Of a stretch of DNA of 64,000 bases, positions 1-9,296 are shown one piece after another. The translations under genes and the position numbers were made by a program. The stretch is from a virus (taxonomy: Duplodnaviria; Heunggongvirae; Uroviricota; Caudoviricetes), in IMG/VR virus record IMGVR_UViG_3300013307_000015; one strand, 5' to 3'. The stretch's first letter is position 1, and each line of letters opens with the position of its first letter. The notes beneath the pieces were generated by a model. The model searched no databases, was not told where the DNA came from, and saw nothing but the letters and a program-made list of their open reading frames with translations.

Positions 1-231
1 AATATTTTGGCAGTGGATTATCGACTGGGGTTGCAAACGCCATATCCGTCGTCGTCTGTTGCGGCTCAACTGCAACAAGGAGCCAACAATGTACCAGCGT
101 CATTACCGATTAACGACAACAGTATGAATCTCGGCCGGCGCGTAGCGTTACTGCGAAGCGCACCCGATAGCGGGAATTGGACGCCGGCGAAGATTGCCGC
201 GACTTCATTAGTCGTGACTCCCGCTTCTTAA
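1..231 (+). CDS. C-terminal fragment of upstream (likely structural) protein, partial at window edge
   Basis: Open frame from nt 1 with no stop until TAA 229-231; sits before the tail-fibre genes. Confidence 0.35.
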   Translation, partial: NILAVDYRLGLQTPYPSSSVAAQLQQGANNVPASLPINDNSMNLGRRVALLRSAPDSGNWTPAKIAATSLVVTPAS

Positions 232-251
232 CTTTTTTGGATGTGGAAATC

Positions 252-1925
252 ATGTCTAAAGCAAAAATGATGTACGCCTTTGACCACATTCCGACTGGAC
301 AAAGTGGGACAGGAGGTAACGTACCGACGTACGCTGTCGATTACCCGTTTGTGTGGAACGGCGCAACTACAGGTGGTGGTCCGGGTACTGGTGGTACTCT
401 GTCGGATACAGGCGGTGTGTGGTTGGCAGCAAATGGTGCGTACGGTTTTTCCGGCAACTTCTACGTGGGTGGATGGCTCATTCCGGTCAATCTGTTCGAT
501 TTGACCAAACCACGCGGTTATTATGGTTTTCGTTTTAAAGCTGCCGGCCCGAACCGCGTGAATCACCCACTAGTCATCATGAACAGCGCCAAAAGCGCCT
601 ATGGCTCGGTGATGGTGAACATCAACGATTACAACTGGATCACCAACCAGGAGTACTACGTTGAAGTACTGATTGATCGCCAGAACAATCTGCGCACCGT
701 GTGGGTCGACGGAGTGATGGTGATCAACGCCCAAGTGTTCAGCCAGACTATTCTCTCGACGGATTATCTGTCGATGGGTCAGATTTTGGGAACAGGCGGC
801 TCAAGCGGGCAGTCTTATCAGTTCAAAGACATCTATTTGATGGACGATCCGGGTGACGGCAGTGTATCGCGACTCGGTCCGATCAAAGCGTATCCGATTT
901 CGATTGCCTCAAGCAGCGGCAACGGCTGGGGTTCGAACATCGCAACCTTCAGTGGTACAGCTGGGGTTTCATCGCAAGCTAAGTTTGGCGCATCAGCGTT
1001 GACGATGGGAGCAACCGCATCGTCGGCTTGTTCGATTCCGGATAAGTCTGGTGTGAAATCCACCAGCACGGCAGACTTTACGATTGAAACGTGGTGTTTG
1101 TCGAATAACAATGCTCAAGTCGGGATACTGTTTGGTAAAGATGGTAGCGCGGCTCCGTTTGCGCACCTCACATACAACGCAGGGACTTGGCAGATGTGGG
1201 CTGACGGCAGCAGTGCGGTGATCAGTGCAGCCTCGGGTGTGGCTGTCAACACCTGGATGCATATTGCTCTGGTGAAATACCAGAACACGTGGTATCTCTA
1301 CCAGAACGGTGTATTGCTGGGTTCGGTAGCAGGCAGTACGTTCGGCAATAACTCGAACAACTTCGTGATCGGGAATTACGGCGGACTGCTCAATCAATGG
1401 CAAGGTTCCATTGACGAATTCCGCATCAGTACCAATGCGCGCTACACTGGCGCATTTACGCCGCCGTCCGCTCCGTTCACCACGGATGCGAATACGGCTT
1501 TGTTGATGCACTTCGACGCATTCAATAACGGTTATACGCCAGATGCATCGATCACGCTTCAAAGCGTACTGAATACGGCTCTTAACGCCACCACACCGAC
1601 GATGCCGAACCTCTCGGCGGCAGTGGATGGTACACCTTTGGTTTCTGCACTTCAGTCGACAGCAGACCAAGGAGCAAGTATTCAAGGGATTTTGTTGGTT
1701 GCTTCGGGCCAACGTGCTCCAGCATCAGGCACGACGCTTCGCACCACGATTGCTGATCAAGCTCAACCGCCCAACCAGCAAACCCTGAACGCGCTTCAAT
1801 TCCCAGCGGGTGCTTTTACTTACGGCAAGGTATTGGGTTTCTTGGCCAATGCACCAGATGGCTCGCAACTGACGACAGCAAAAGTGGCGCAACTTAGCCT
1901 GTCGTCTGTCGCGACAGCAACCTAG
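252..1925 (+). CDS. tail fibre protein with C-terminal LamG/ConA-like jelly-roll domain
   Basis: C-terminal TWMHIALVKYQNTWYLYQNGVLLG...GNYGG...DEFRIS matches LamG_3-type lectin fold used in phage fibres. Paralog of the next gene. ATG 252 (MSKAK) chosen over upstream in-frame ATG 177. Confidence 0.6.
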   Translation: MSKAKMMYAFDHIPTGQSGTGGNVPTYAVDYPFVWNGATTGGGPGTGGTLSDTGGVWLAANGAYGFSGNFYVGGWLIPVNLFDLTKPRGYYGFRFKAAGPNRVNHPLVIMNSAKSAYGSVMVNINDYNWITNQEYYVEVLIDRQNNLRTVWVDGVMVINAQVFSQTILSTDYLSMGQILGTGGSSGQSYQFKDIYLMDDPGDGSVSRLGPIKAYPISIASSSGNGWGSNIATFSGTAGVSSQAKFGASALTMGATASSACSIPDKSGVKSTSTADFTIETWCLSNNNAQVGILFGKDGSAAPFAHLTYNAGTWQMWADGSSAVISAASGVAVNTWMHIALVKYQNTWYLYQNGVLLGSVAGSTFGNNSNNFVIGNYGGLLNQWQGSIDEFRISTNARYTGAFTPPSAPFTTDANTALLMHFDAFNNGYTPDASITLQSVLNTALNATTPTMPNLSAAVDGTPLVSALQSTADQGASIQGILLVASGQRAPASGTTLRTTIADQAQPPNQQTLNALQFPAGAFTYGKVLGFLANAPDGSQLTTAKVAQLSLSSVATAT

Positions 1926-1939
1926 CGCGGAGTGTTGAG

Positions 1940-3262
1940 ATGACAACAACCTTTCGTAAAACAAGTGCAATTGTCTGGACGAAAGACCCTTCGCCGATTA
2001 GCACGCGTGCTGCTTCGGCAGTGGCGTTTGCCAGCGATTTAAATTTGATGGTGCGTAACGTTCAAGGTTACGCATTTGAGTCCCCGCAAGCGAATGTGGC
2101 TTTGCGCAACATCCAAGGCTATGCGTTTGAATCGGTCAAGCAGTCGTTGAATCTCTCTGTTACGGGAAATCAAGCGCTGTACGCGCTGATCAACAACAAC
2201 AGCTTGTACCAGAGCTGGAGTGCAAGTAACAGTACGCTGGGTGCACCAGTCGTTGATAACAGCGTGACGAACTGTAACACCAGAGTCAATTTGGCAGCCA
2301 AGACGGCAAGCGGGTACAGCGGCAACATCAATCTGTACTACAACCGGCGTCCTATTTCTGATGCGATTAACACCAGTGTCAGTTTGGGAACCATCGCCAG
2401 TAACACAGACGTCTGGACGTTGCTGCCGACCATCAACAGTAAGTACGGGACTAACCTCACGACAAGCGATGTGCTCAACGCATCGGTGAGTGCTGGTGCG
2501 ACCACGGTAATGCTGACGGTGGCAAGCGGCAGTTACATGTTCGTTCCGGGTTCGGTGGTGGCTGCTGGTCTGGTGAAGGATCTGGCTTCGGTTACACCGA
2601 GTAACCTGCTGTTTGGTTTCGACAATGCAGCAGGCAATGGTCCGAAGGCAACGAAAACGGTGATGTTGCTGCACTTCGAAGGCGGCAGCATTGTTGACAC
2701 GTCAGGTAACTTCACTCCGACGATTGTGAGTACCGCTGCGCTGACGACGCAGCAAGCGAAGTTTGGTACTCAGTGCCTGAGTTTGCCAGCCTCTGGATCT
2801 GCTCTGAAGTTCGCAGACGATCCGCGACTGCGCTTTACGAGCGACTGCACGCTTGAAGCCTGGGTGATGTCGACTAACAATGCTCAGAACGGCGTGTTGT
2901 TTGGTAAAGATCCGTCCTCTGGCAGCCCGCCTACGGAACTCCAGTATTTCAATGGTTCTTGGCGCGTGTGGCTTGATTCTGCCACTGTGAACATCTCAGC
3001 AACTTCCGGCGTTGCAGTCAACACCTGGATGCATATCGCGTTGGTGCGCTACAGTGGTGTCTGGTATCTGTATCAAAACGGTGTGCTGCTTGGTCAGTTC
3101 ACCGGTGGCACCTTCGGCAATAACACCAACCCCTTCTACGTGGGTAACTGGGGTGGCTTGGCGAATGAATTCCAGACTTACGTGGATGAAGTTCGGATCA
3201 GTAATGTGGCGCGCTACACGGCTCCCTTTACGCCTCCGGCAACTGCGTTTGCATTGGATTGA
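1940..3262 (+). CDS. tail fibre protein, LamG-domain paralog
   Basis: RBS GGAG before ATG. C-terminal NTWMHIALVRYSGVWYLYQNGVLLG...DEVRIS is near-identical to the module in the previous gene. Confidence 0.6.
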   Translation: MTTTFRKTSAIVWTKDPSPISTRAASAVAFASDLNLMVRNVQGYAFESPQANVALRNIQGYAFESVKQSLNLSVTGNQALYALINNNSLYQSWSASNSTLGAPVVDNSVTNCNTRVNLAAKTASGYSGNINLYYNRRPISDAINTSVSLGTIASNTDVWTLLPTINSKYGTNLTTSDVLNASVSAGATTVMLTVASGSYMFVPGSVVAAGLVKDLASVTPSNLLFGFDNAAGNGPKATKTVMLLHFEGGSIVDTSGNFTPTIVSTAALTTQQAKFGTQCLSLPASGSALKFADDPRLRFTSDCTLEAWVMSTNNAQNGVLFGKDPSSGSPPTELQYFNGSWRVWLDSATVNISATSGVAVNTWMHIALVRYSGVWYLYQNGVLLGQFTGGTFGNNTNPFYVGNWGGLANEFQTYVDEVRISNVARYTAPFTPPATAFALD

Positions 3263-3351
3263 TATCCAACGTTTCGCTTAAAAAATGTTGTCATCCTATG
3301 CGGGATGCTGGTAGAAGGTCCCGTTATTTCGTCTCCTTTTAAGGATCTCTC

Positions 3352-3894
3352 ATGTCAAAGATTGACTCCACCAAGTCAGCCATCGACAACCTGCTCGTTC
3401 TGGTGAATGCGGCCAACACCGGCCAAACGCTCCTGAACACGCAGGTCTCCGCTGGCACTCCGGCAGCTCAAACCGCTGACGGCCAAGGTCGCAACACCAA
3501 CGTCGTGCTGTCGGCCATCGCTGGTCACGGCTACACCGGTTCGCAGACGTTCACCTACACGCGTCGCGGTCTGAACGACTCGGTGCTCAGCCCGGTCGAC
3601 AGCTACACGGCCACCGTCGGCGTCACCGCCGCTTCGCTGCTCACCGCACTGGCCTCGCAACTGGGCCTGGTCGCAAGCGAACTGCATCTCGAAGATGCAG
3701 CCAATCCGGGCACGACGCTGTCGGGCGCGATCAGCAACAGCCCGGCCACGATCAACATCGTGTCGGCTGCCGGCTCGCTGCTGTACGTCGACGGCTCGAC
3801 CCAGGGCATCACGATGACCTGGAACCAGCCGACGGTTGACCTCGCAACGGCTACGCCGAACACCGCACTGAGCGGCTTCGACGCAGCAAGCTAA
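3352..3894 (+). CDS. hypothetical protein (paralog of 4016-4474; possible fibre-associated)
   Basis: RBS AAGGA. N-terminal MSKIDSTKSAIDNLL and GxTGSQTF motif shared with the downstream paralog. Confidence 0.55.
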   Translation: MSKIDSTKSAIDNLLVLVNAANTGQTLLNTQVSAGTPAAQTADGQGRNTNVVLSAIAGHGYTGSQTFTYTRRGLNDSVLSPVDSYTATVGVTAASLLTALASQLGLVASELHLEDAANPGTTLSGAISNSPATINIVSAAGSLLYVDGSTQGITMTWNQPTVDLATATPNTALSGFDAAS

Positions 3895-3926
3895 TCCAGA
3901 GCGCTTCGGCGCAATGGTTTAGGGAA

Positions 3927-3950
3927 CAGCCGGGGAGCAATCCTCGGCTG
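3927..3950 (+). terminator. hairpin terminator followed by TTTTTATGCCGTCACC box (second TTTATGCC copy 28 bp later)
   Basis: cagccgggg..cctcggctg stem then T-run. Confidence 0.5.
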
Positions 3951-4015
3951 TTTTTATGCCGTCACCGCAAACGCCGCAATTTTATGCCCTTCCCCATCCT
4001 GCATTTGGACCTGAC

Positions 4016-4474
4016 ATGAAAATCGATCCGACGAAATCTGCATTGCAAAACCTTCTGGCGTTGGTGGATGCAGCCAACCCCAATGGACCGACCAACGCTG
4101 CACAGGTGACATACACGAACCTGCAAGCTGCGACCCTTGAAGGCGATGCCGCCGCTAACACCTCGGTGGAACTCGACGGTGTAAGCAATCAAGGCTTCAC
4201 GGGTTCCCAGACCTTCTATTACGGTCGTCTTGCCTTGGCAGACGAAGCCGCCAGCCCGACAGGTTCGGTGAACATTCCCAACGGCTCCACCAGCGATCAA
4301 ATTCTGGCGCTGGTCGCCACCTACTATGGTTTCATTCCTGCTGAGATCTCTTGGCAGAGTGTGCCGGTCGCTCCGGGTACGTTGCCGGGGGACACCACCG
4401 CAACAGTACAGTGCAGTGGCTCGCTGGTGTATCTGGATGGCACCGCGACAGTCAACCTTCACTGGGAAGCATAA
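4016..4474 (+). CDS. hypothetical protein (paralog of 3352-3894)
   Basis: MKIDPTKSALQNLLALVDAAN resembles the N-terminus of the previous gene. Start taken at ATG 4016 rather than track ATG 3956. Confidence 0.5.
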   Translation: MKIDPTKSALQNLLALVDAANPNGPTNAAQVTYTNLQAATLEGDAAANTSVELDGVSNQGFTGSQTFYYGRLALADEAASPTGSVNIPNGSTSDQILALVATYYGFIPAEISWQSVPVAPGTLPGDTTATVQCSGSLVYLDGTATVNLHWEA

Positions 4475-4495
4475 GTGAGCTAAGGAAACTCAAAA

Positions 4496-4963
4496 ATGCA
4501 GATGAACCTACCATACCCCTATTTGGGTTTGAGCGCGCAGAGGTTGACTGACTGGATCAATTCTGACAACAGTACGAGTTATCAGTTGGGGGTGGACTTC
4601 ACGTTCAGTGGTCCGGCTCTTTACACTGATAGTCTGGGGCGAAACACCAAGGTAACGATGCAGCCGGTGGATTCGACGAAGTATGCTTCGACCGACATTC
4701 ACTACTGGAGACTGCCGCTGACGATTTTGAACAACTTGCCGCAAGGCAATGTCAACCCGGTTCCGATTTCTCAGTTGCCGTTTTCCATCCATGGAATTCT
4801 GGATGCGATCAACACCGCACTGGGATTGAACCTGACGCCCGACGAAGTACCGGACCAGACGTTCACCACCGAGCTTGCTTCCTATCCGCTGCACATCAAC
4901 GATGCCGTGAGTCTTGCTTGGATTGATTCGGACTTTCAATTCCAACCGCAGTTCATGTTTTAA
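4496..4963 (+). CDS. hypothetical protein
   Basis: RBS AAGGAAA 8 nt upstream; ORF-track frame. Confidence 0.5.
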   Translation: MQMNLPYPYLGLSAQRLTDWINSDNSTSYQLGVDFTFSGPALYTDSLGRNTKVTMQPVDSTKYASTDIHYWRLPLTILNNLPQGNVNPVPISQLPFSIHGILDAINTALGLNLTPDEVPDQTFTTELASYPLHINDAVSLAWIDSDFQFQPQFMF

Positions 4964-4974
4964 CGGTTGCGTGA

Positions 4975-4996
4975 GCCTAGGGGAAACCCCCTAGGC
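4975..4996 (+). terminator. hairpin gcctagggg-aaac-cccctaggc followed by TTTATGCCC box
   Basis: perfect 9-bp stem, GNRA-like loop. Confidence 0.5.
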
Positions 4997-5053
4997 TTTA
5001 TGCCCGAAAAGTGAGAATTTACGTAGAGCATCGATAATGTAGATTCTAGAATC

Positions 5054-5097
5054 TTTCAGTTACATATAACCTCATCGAGTTGGTAAGCCTATCAACT
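5054..5097 (+). promoter_or_regulatory. conserved intergenic element TTCAGTTACATATAACC + hairpin GAGTTGgtaagcctatCAACTC (copy 1 of 4)
   Basis: Repeated at 60853-60894, 29235-29280 and 43972-44008, with compensatory base changes in the stem. Confidence 0.45.
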
Positions 5098-5135
5098 CTT
5101 TCTCCATTTACATTCGAACAAACTAGGAGCTAATC

Positions 5136-5309
5136 ATGGTTGACTACGCAAACAACAACTATTCCGCAGGCAAGAAAACCTTCAAGGCAAAGGCATTGCG
5201 CTTCATTGGCGTGACGCTTATCTTCGCACTGCTGGGTGGCACGATCGTCGCGGCTGACCACGTCGGTCACTACCTGCAAACGCACCGCACCGGTTACACG
5301 GGCAACTGA
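5136..5309 (+). CDS. small membrane protein (57 aa), not in ORF track
   Basis: Strong RBS AGGAG 7 nt before ATG; ACATTCGAA leader motif; one hydrophobic helix IGVTLIFALLGGTIVAA. Confidence 0.55.
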   Translation: MVDYANNNYSAGKKTFKAKALRFIGVTLIFALLGGTIVAADHVGHYLQTHRTGYTGN

Positions 5310-5319
5310 GGAATCGGCG

Positions 5320-5700
5320 ATGGAACAACAGAAACAAGACTGGATGTCGTTTCTTGCAGACTTCGTTGATCTCGTCAAAAACTTGAACCGTAAGTTTGGC
5401 GACAACGAAATCACTGAACAAGAAATACTCGATTCAGTCGGAGAGAAGTTCGTCGATGCGCACAACTACGCGCAAGTGTCAGAGCTTCATCCGAAGATGG
5501 TTCATGCTTGGTCGCAATTGCAGGAATCGATCCAGAAGATCAAACTCATTCGCGCCAAGAAGATGACGCAGCGCCAGCGTTATCTGTACCACATGCGGGA
5601 ACTCTTCCAAGACCCCGCCAAAGTCTGGGATACCAGCATTCCGTGGTCAACGCGCTGGTGGTACAACCACTGCGTGGAGTTGCAAGTAAGGCCGCATTAA
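5320..5700 (+). CDS. hypothetical protein
   Basis: RBS GAGG before ATG 5320 (MEQQKQDW). The track ORF's upstream extension overlaps the previous small gene. Confidence 0.5.
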   Translation: MEQQKQDWMSFLADFVDLVKNLNRKFGDNEITEQEILDSVGEKFVDAHNYAQVSELHPKMVHAWSQLQESIQKIKLIRAKKMTQRQRYLYHMRELFQDPAKVWDTSIPWSTRWWYNHCVELQVRPH

Positions 5701-5732
5701 ACAGTATCCAACATTCGAATAACGAGGAATTC

Positions 5733-5942
5733 ATGAGAATCAAAGAAATGGTCGTGATCGATAACGACACGCGAGAAGTTTTCGTCGATGGCATCAAGTG
5801 GCAGCCGTCGCCGGAGTCGTACATGCATCTGGCTCGCTTCGGGACGGGTCCGTATAGCGAACGTCCCATTGAGCCGCAACGCATTCATCCCGGCATCGCC
5901 ATGTACCGTACGGTTTCCAACATGGGGGTGCGTCGTGCTTAA
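5733..5942 (+). CDS. hypothetical protein (69 aa)
   Basis: RBS ACGAGGAA; ACATTCGAA leader at 5711; start MRIKEM. Confidence 0.45.
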   Translation: MRIKEMVVIDNDTREVFVDGIKWQPSPESYMHLARFGTGPYSERPIEPQRIHPGIAMYRTVSNMGVRRA

Positions 5943-6204
5943 GATCTTCATCCTCTTCGGCCTGTTCGCATGGTACAAGAGCAGCTGGATGATCGCGCGC
6001 TACCTTACGCGCCGGGTGATGTTCAAACACGTAATTCGTGCAGACATGGCTGTTGCGTTTGCACAGATGACCGGAAGGAGAGAATTCATCGTCCAGAATC
6101 AGAGGAATCTCATTCTGCCGATCATCGCAAGTTGGTTGTTGTTCATCGCGCTCCTGTATCTGGGAGCGGCATTTACAGTCCAGTATCTTGGGCTGACGTT
6201 GTAA
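5935..6204 (+). CDS. small membrane protein (2 predicted TM helices)
   Basis: GTG start after GGGGG; LKIFILFGLFAWY and IIASWLLFIALLYLGAAF hydrophobic segments. Confidence 0.4.
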   Translation: MLKIFILFGLFAWYKSSWMIARYLTRRVMFKHVIRADMAVAFAQMTGRREFIVQNQRNLILPIIASWLLFIALLYLGAAFTVQYLGLTL

Positions 6205-6322
6205 GAAAGGCGTCGACACCTATAAGTCCTACAAGTCACACGCCTTCACGGGGCTCGACTATTCGAGACAGTCGGGCTAATCACTCTTAAAAAAAGAAGA
6301 ACTGTGAAGTTTGGGAGCTATC

Positions 6323-6637
6323 ATGCGAAGCTTATATCGCAGACACATCAAAATCTCGCTCTTGGAAGCGAGTCAAGCTGAAAGGGCCCATGGTTGGGCC
6401 AGCACGGAAGACGGAACGGGTACCGAAGTTCGCCACTACTTTGTGTGCGACCAAGAACGCTTTCTCCATCACCTGAAACAACCGGGGATTGCGTCCTTGC
6501 GCTTGCAGCTTGAAAAGCTCGGCGTCCATCCGAAAAGCATCACGATCAAGCGGGCCTACAACACGCTCACGTACAAGAACCTGTCGTATCGGCGGGAGCG
6601 CGCTGTGAATCAATACGAAATGCCGGTCGCAGCCTGA
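6323..6637 (+). CDS. hypothetical protein
   Basis: RBS GGGAG before ATG 6323. Confidence 0.45.
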   Translation: MRSLYRRHIKISLLEASQAERAHGWASTEDGTGTEVRHYFVCDQERFLHHLKQPGIASLRLQLEKLGVHPKSITIKRAYNTLTYKNLSYRRERAVNQYEMPVAA

Positions 6638-6737
6638 TCGCCGGAGGAGCCGTGGAAACGGGGGTAAGCGGTTCCTCTTCTCTGTCCCCCGGAAGTACCT
6701 TAAACATTTTTCGCTCAATCATCTTTGGAGATAACAA

Positions 6738-7670
6738 ATGAGCATCAAAGAAACCATCCTGAACGTTCTCGGCGCTAACCCCAAGAACAGCTTCAACGAA
6801 GTCGAAGTGAAGTTCTACAAGGACTGCAATCGTGACGGCCAACACGGCATGGTGATCGTCTCGCACCGCGTGAAACGTCTGGACCACGTCGCTGTCCCGT
6901 TCCTCTTCCCTGGCCTGACCGAACCGCCGGCGCTCACCGCTCGTGTCCTCGCAGACATCGAGTCGGCTGGCGCGTCGCAAGGTTATGTCGTCCACTGCCT
7001 GCTGCCCGAAACGTACGGTCCGAACCTGGCCGAGGGTGACGATCTGTCTGCCGATCACGATTCGTCGAACCGTCGGCAGATGTTCAGCGATCGCCTCGCG
7101 AATCCGGTACGCGTGCCGGCTGTTCAACGTGAACAAGGCATGATGTTCGCTGGTGTGCTGCCGAGCGATGTCGATACGTTCCTCAAGCACTACTTCGCAG
7201 CGGACGTCAAGCGACAAGCTGTGCAGCTCGCGCTGAACGGCAAGCAAGCCGCTGACCTGCGCGAGCGACTCGGCGAGCGCGTGGCGCAAGCATTCACGCG
7301 CAGCGAGAAGGTCGGCGTGATCTACATCGTCCTCGACCGCATGCTTAATCAGTTCTGCAAGGAGATCAACCTGATGGTCCTCTCGCCGAATGTAGACGAG
7401 CGGCCGAGCGGGTTGCCGTTGCCGTTGTCGAAGCTGAAGGAAGGCAGCACTCTGGAGCAGATCCAATCGGCATCGGATCTCGTCGATATGCTCTTCCCGC
7501 ACGAAGAGTACGACACGCTCACGCAGATCCAGAAGGATGAAATCCAGTCGCGTGTACTGATGTCGGTGAACAACGATACGGCTCGCAAGCTGCCGTCGTC
7601 GGTCGTACAAGCCAACGTCGAGCAGATCATCACCACGTTCCGCGAAATCAACGTCGTGTCGAAGTCGTAA
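6738..7670 (+). CDS. hypothetical protein (310 aa)
   Basis: RBS GGAGA before ATG. Preferred over the 380-aa Arg-rich antisense ORF on the - strand. Confidence 0.6.
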   Translation: MSIKETILNVLGANPKNSFNEVEVKFYKDCNRDGQHGMVIVSHRVKRLDHVAVPFLFPGLTEPPALTARVLADIESAGASQGYVVHCLLPETYGPNLAEGDDLSADHDSSNRRQMFSDRLANPVRVPAVQREQGMMFAGVLPSDVDTFLKHYFAADVKRQAVQLALNGKQAADLRERLGERVAQAFTRSEKVGVIYIVLDRMLNQFCKEINLMVLSPNVDERPSGLPLPLSKLKEGSTLEQIQSASDLVDMLFPHEEYDTLTQIQKDEIQSRVLMSVNNDTARKLPSSVVQANVEQIITTFREINVVSKS

Positions 7671-7676
7671 GGCGGC

Positions 7677-7696
7677 GAGGAGACTTCGGTCTCCTC
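7677..7696 (+). terminator. UUCG-tetraloop hairpin gaggagac-ttcg-gtctcctc
   Basis: 8-bp GC stem, then TTTCCC. Confidence 0.4.
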
Positions 7697-7736
7697 TTTC
7701 CCAACACATTCGAAGAAATTACAGAGGGAGTCAATC

Positions 7737-8030
7737 ATGTTGGAACTGTTTGGTCTTGCCGATCACAGCGTGCAAGTCGGCATCAGCAATCTCGCTCTTC
7801 AGTCGCACCACGGCACTGCTACCACCACGCAAGGTCGCTTTCCTTTCGTCGTGGATCGTCCGGGTAAGTTGAAGCGCCCGCGCACCAGCACGGTCGAGAG
7901 CATCTTCAAGCAGTTCGAGAAGCTCGGTGCACCTGCAACGGAAGTGGAAGTTTCAGTTGGCAATCGTCGGCGCGTCTATCGCATCGAGAATGGCCAACCG
8001 AAGCTGATCACGCAATCGTTTTCCGCCTAG
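7737..8030 (+). CDS. hypothetical protein
   Basis: RBS GAGGGAG; ACATTCGAA leader at 7706. Confidence 0.5.
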   Translation: MLELFGLADHSVQVGISNLALQSHHGTATTTQGRFPFVVDRPGKLKRPRTSTVESIFKQFEKLGAPATEVEVSVGNRRRVYRIENGQPKLITQSFSA

Positions 8031-8061
8031 AGTGCTGTTCCCGTAGACTGGGCGGGTTTTA

Positions 8062-8099
8062 AGAGGGTGCGTCTGTCCACGCGCACCCTCTTTTTTTTG
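8062..8099 (+). terminator. rho-independent terminator
   Basis: agagggtgcg...cgcaccctct stem followed by T8. Confidence 0.7.
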
Positions 8100-8115
8100 T
8101 CTTCGATGATAAAAC

Positions 8116-8568
8116 ATGGATAAGAAAACTGGCATCATCGTGCAATGCCTCTTCGGAGTGGAAGTCGTCAATGAGTTCCGCAAAGCGTACAAGGAGACCA
8201 AAGAAGTCCAGACATTAACGGACTCTTCCATGCGCTCGATGTTGTATCATGGGGATGCGATTCCGCACATCGAGTATGGAAATCTCTTCGTGGTGAAAGT
8301 GGGTCGTCCTGTACACATCCTCGGTATGTCGACTCGCTTTGGTCCGGTCATCATGCGCGTGACGCATCGGCGGGAAGTCGAGATCTTGATGAATCGTGCA
8401 GTGAGTCATTACTACCACAAGAAGCTGCACGAGATTGGCATGCATACGTCGAACATCTATAACGAGATGACGAAGTTCATGGGGTTGAATTCCGATAAAA
8501 GAAAATATCCTGGCGATAAACCTATGGTGAATTTGGGCCAGATGATCGAACGTGAATCGACCCATTGA
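8116..8568 (+). CDS. hypothetical protein, GDAIPHIEY family (paralog of 28767-29219)
   Basis: Shares YHGDAIPHIEYGNLF / YGDAIPHIDYMNSIGKLF motif with the second copy. Confidence 0.5.
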   Translation: MDKKTGIIVQCLFGVEVVNEFRKAYKETKEVQTLTDSSMRSMLYHGDAIPHIEYGNLFVVKVGRPVHILGMSTRFGPVIMRVTHRREVEILMNRAVSHYYHKKLHEIGMHTSNIYNEMTKFMGLNSDKRKYPGDKPMVNLGQMIERESTH

Positions 8569-8645
8569 AACGGAAATCGAACATATATCACTGACGTAGG
8601 CTAGTGTTAGCCACGACAATTTTTTCGTACTTGGAAGAAAGAAGA

Positions 8646-9296
8646 ATGGAAAAGAAAGGGGTTTTCATTTCGATGGAAGGACCGGATGGTTCGGGCAAAA
8701 CTACGAACGTGGGTTTCCTGCGCGAGTGTTTGCAAGAACACGGTTTTCAAGTCGTGACAACGCGCGAGCCTGGCGGCTCTCCGATCGCAGAACAACTGCG
8801 CCAGATCATCCTCACGCAGTACATGGAGTCGGATGCAGAATTGCTGCTCTTCGCAGCAGCGCGGGCAGACCACATCAGCAAGACGATCAAACCGGCATTG
8901 GCCGGCGGTTATGTCGTTCTCACTGATCGCTTCTGTGACTCGACCGTCGCCTATCAGGGGTATGGGCGCGGGTTGTTGGAGAAGGTACGTGAACTGGAGC
9001 AATTCGTTCACGCGGGGTTCTATCCCGATCACACGCTCTTTTTCGACATCCCTTTCGAAGAGTGCATCAGTCGGCTCTCGAAACGAGTCGACAAGCAAGA
9101 TCGCATCGACCAAGAAGCGGTCGAATTCAAGCGGCGCGTTTGGTTCGGCTACCAGCGGCAATTCAACGATAACCAACATCGCATGGTCCGGATCAATGCG
9201 TTGGAGGATCTGTCGGATGTACAGCGGCAGATCCAAAACTGGGTGCATGAGGAGTTCGCTCCGAAGCATCGTCACTTGCAACATTATCCGAGATGA
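8646..9296 (+). CDS. tmk: thymidylate kinase (dTMP kinase)
   Basis: P-loop GPDGSGKTT, TREPGG, and DRF..S..AYQG lid region. Confidence 0.9.
   Translation: MEKKGVFISMEGPDGSGKTTNVGFLRECLQEHGFQVVTTREPGGSPIAEQLRQIILTQYMESDAELLLFAAARADHISKTIKPALAGGYVVLTDRFCDSTVAYQGYGRGLLEKVRELEQFVHAGFYPDHTLFFDIPFEECISRLSKRVDKQDRIDQEAVEFKRRVWFGYQRQFNDNQHRMVRINALEDLSDVQRQIQNWVHEEFAPKHRHLQHYPR

Noticed and set aside
6567-7709. 380-aa - strand ORF antisense to the 6738-7670 gene
   Set aside because: Arg/His/Leu-rich translation typical of antisense frames in GC-rich DNA; no RBS. The + strand gene has an RBS and fits the operon orientation.
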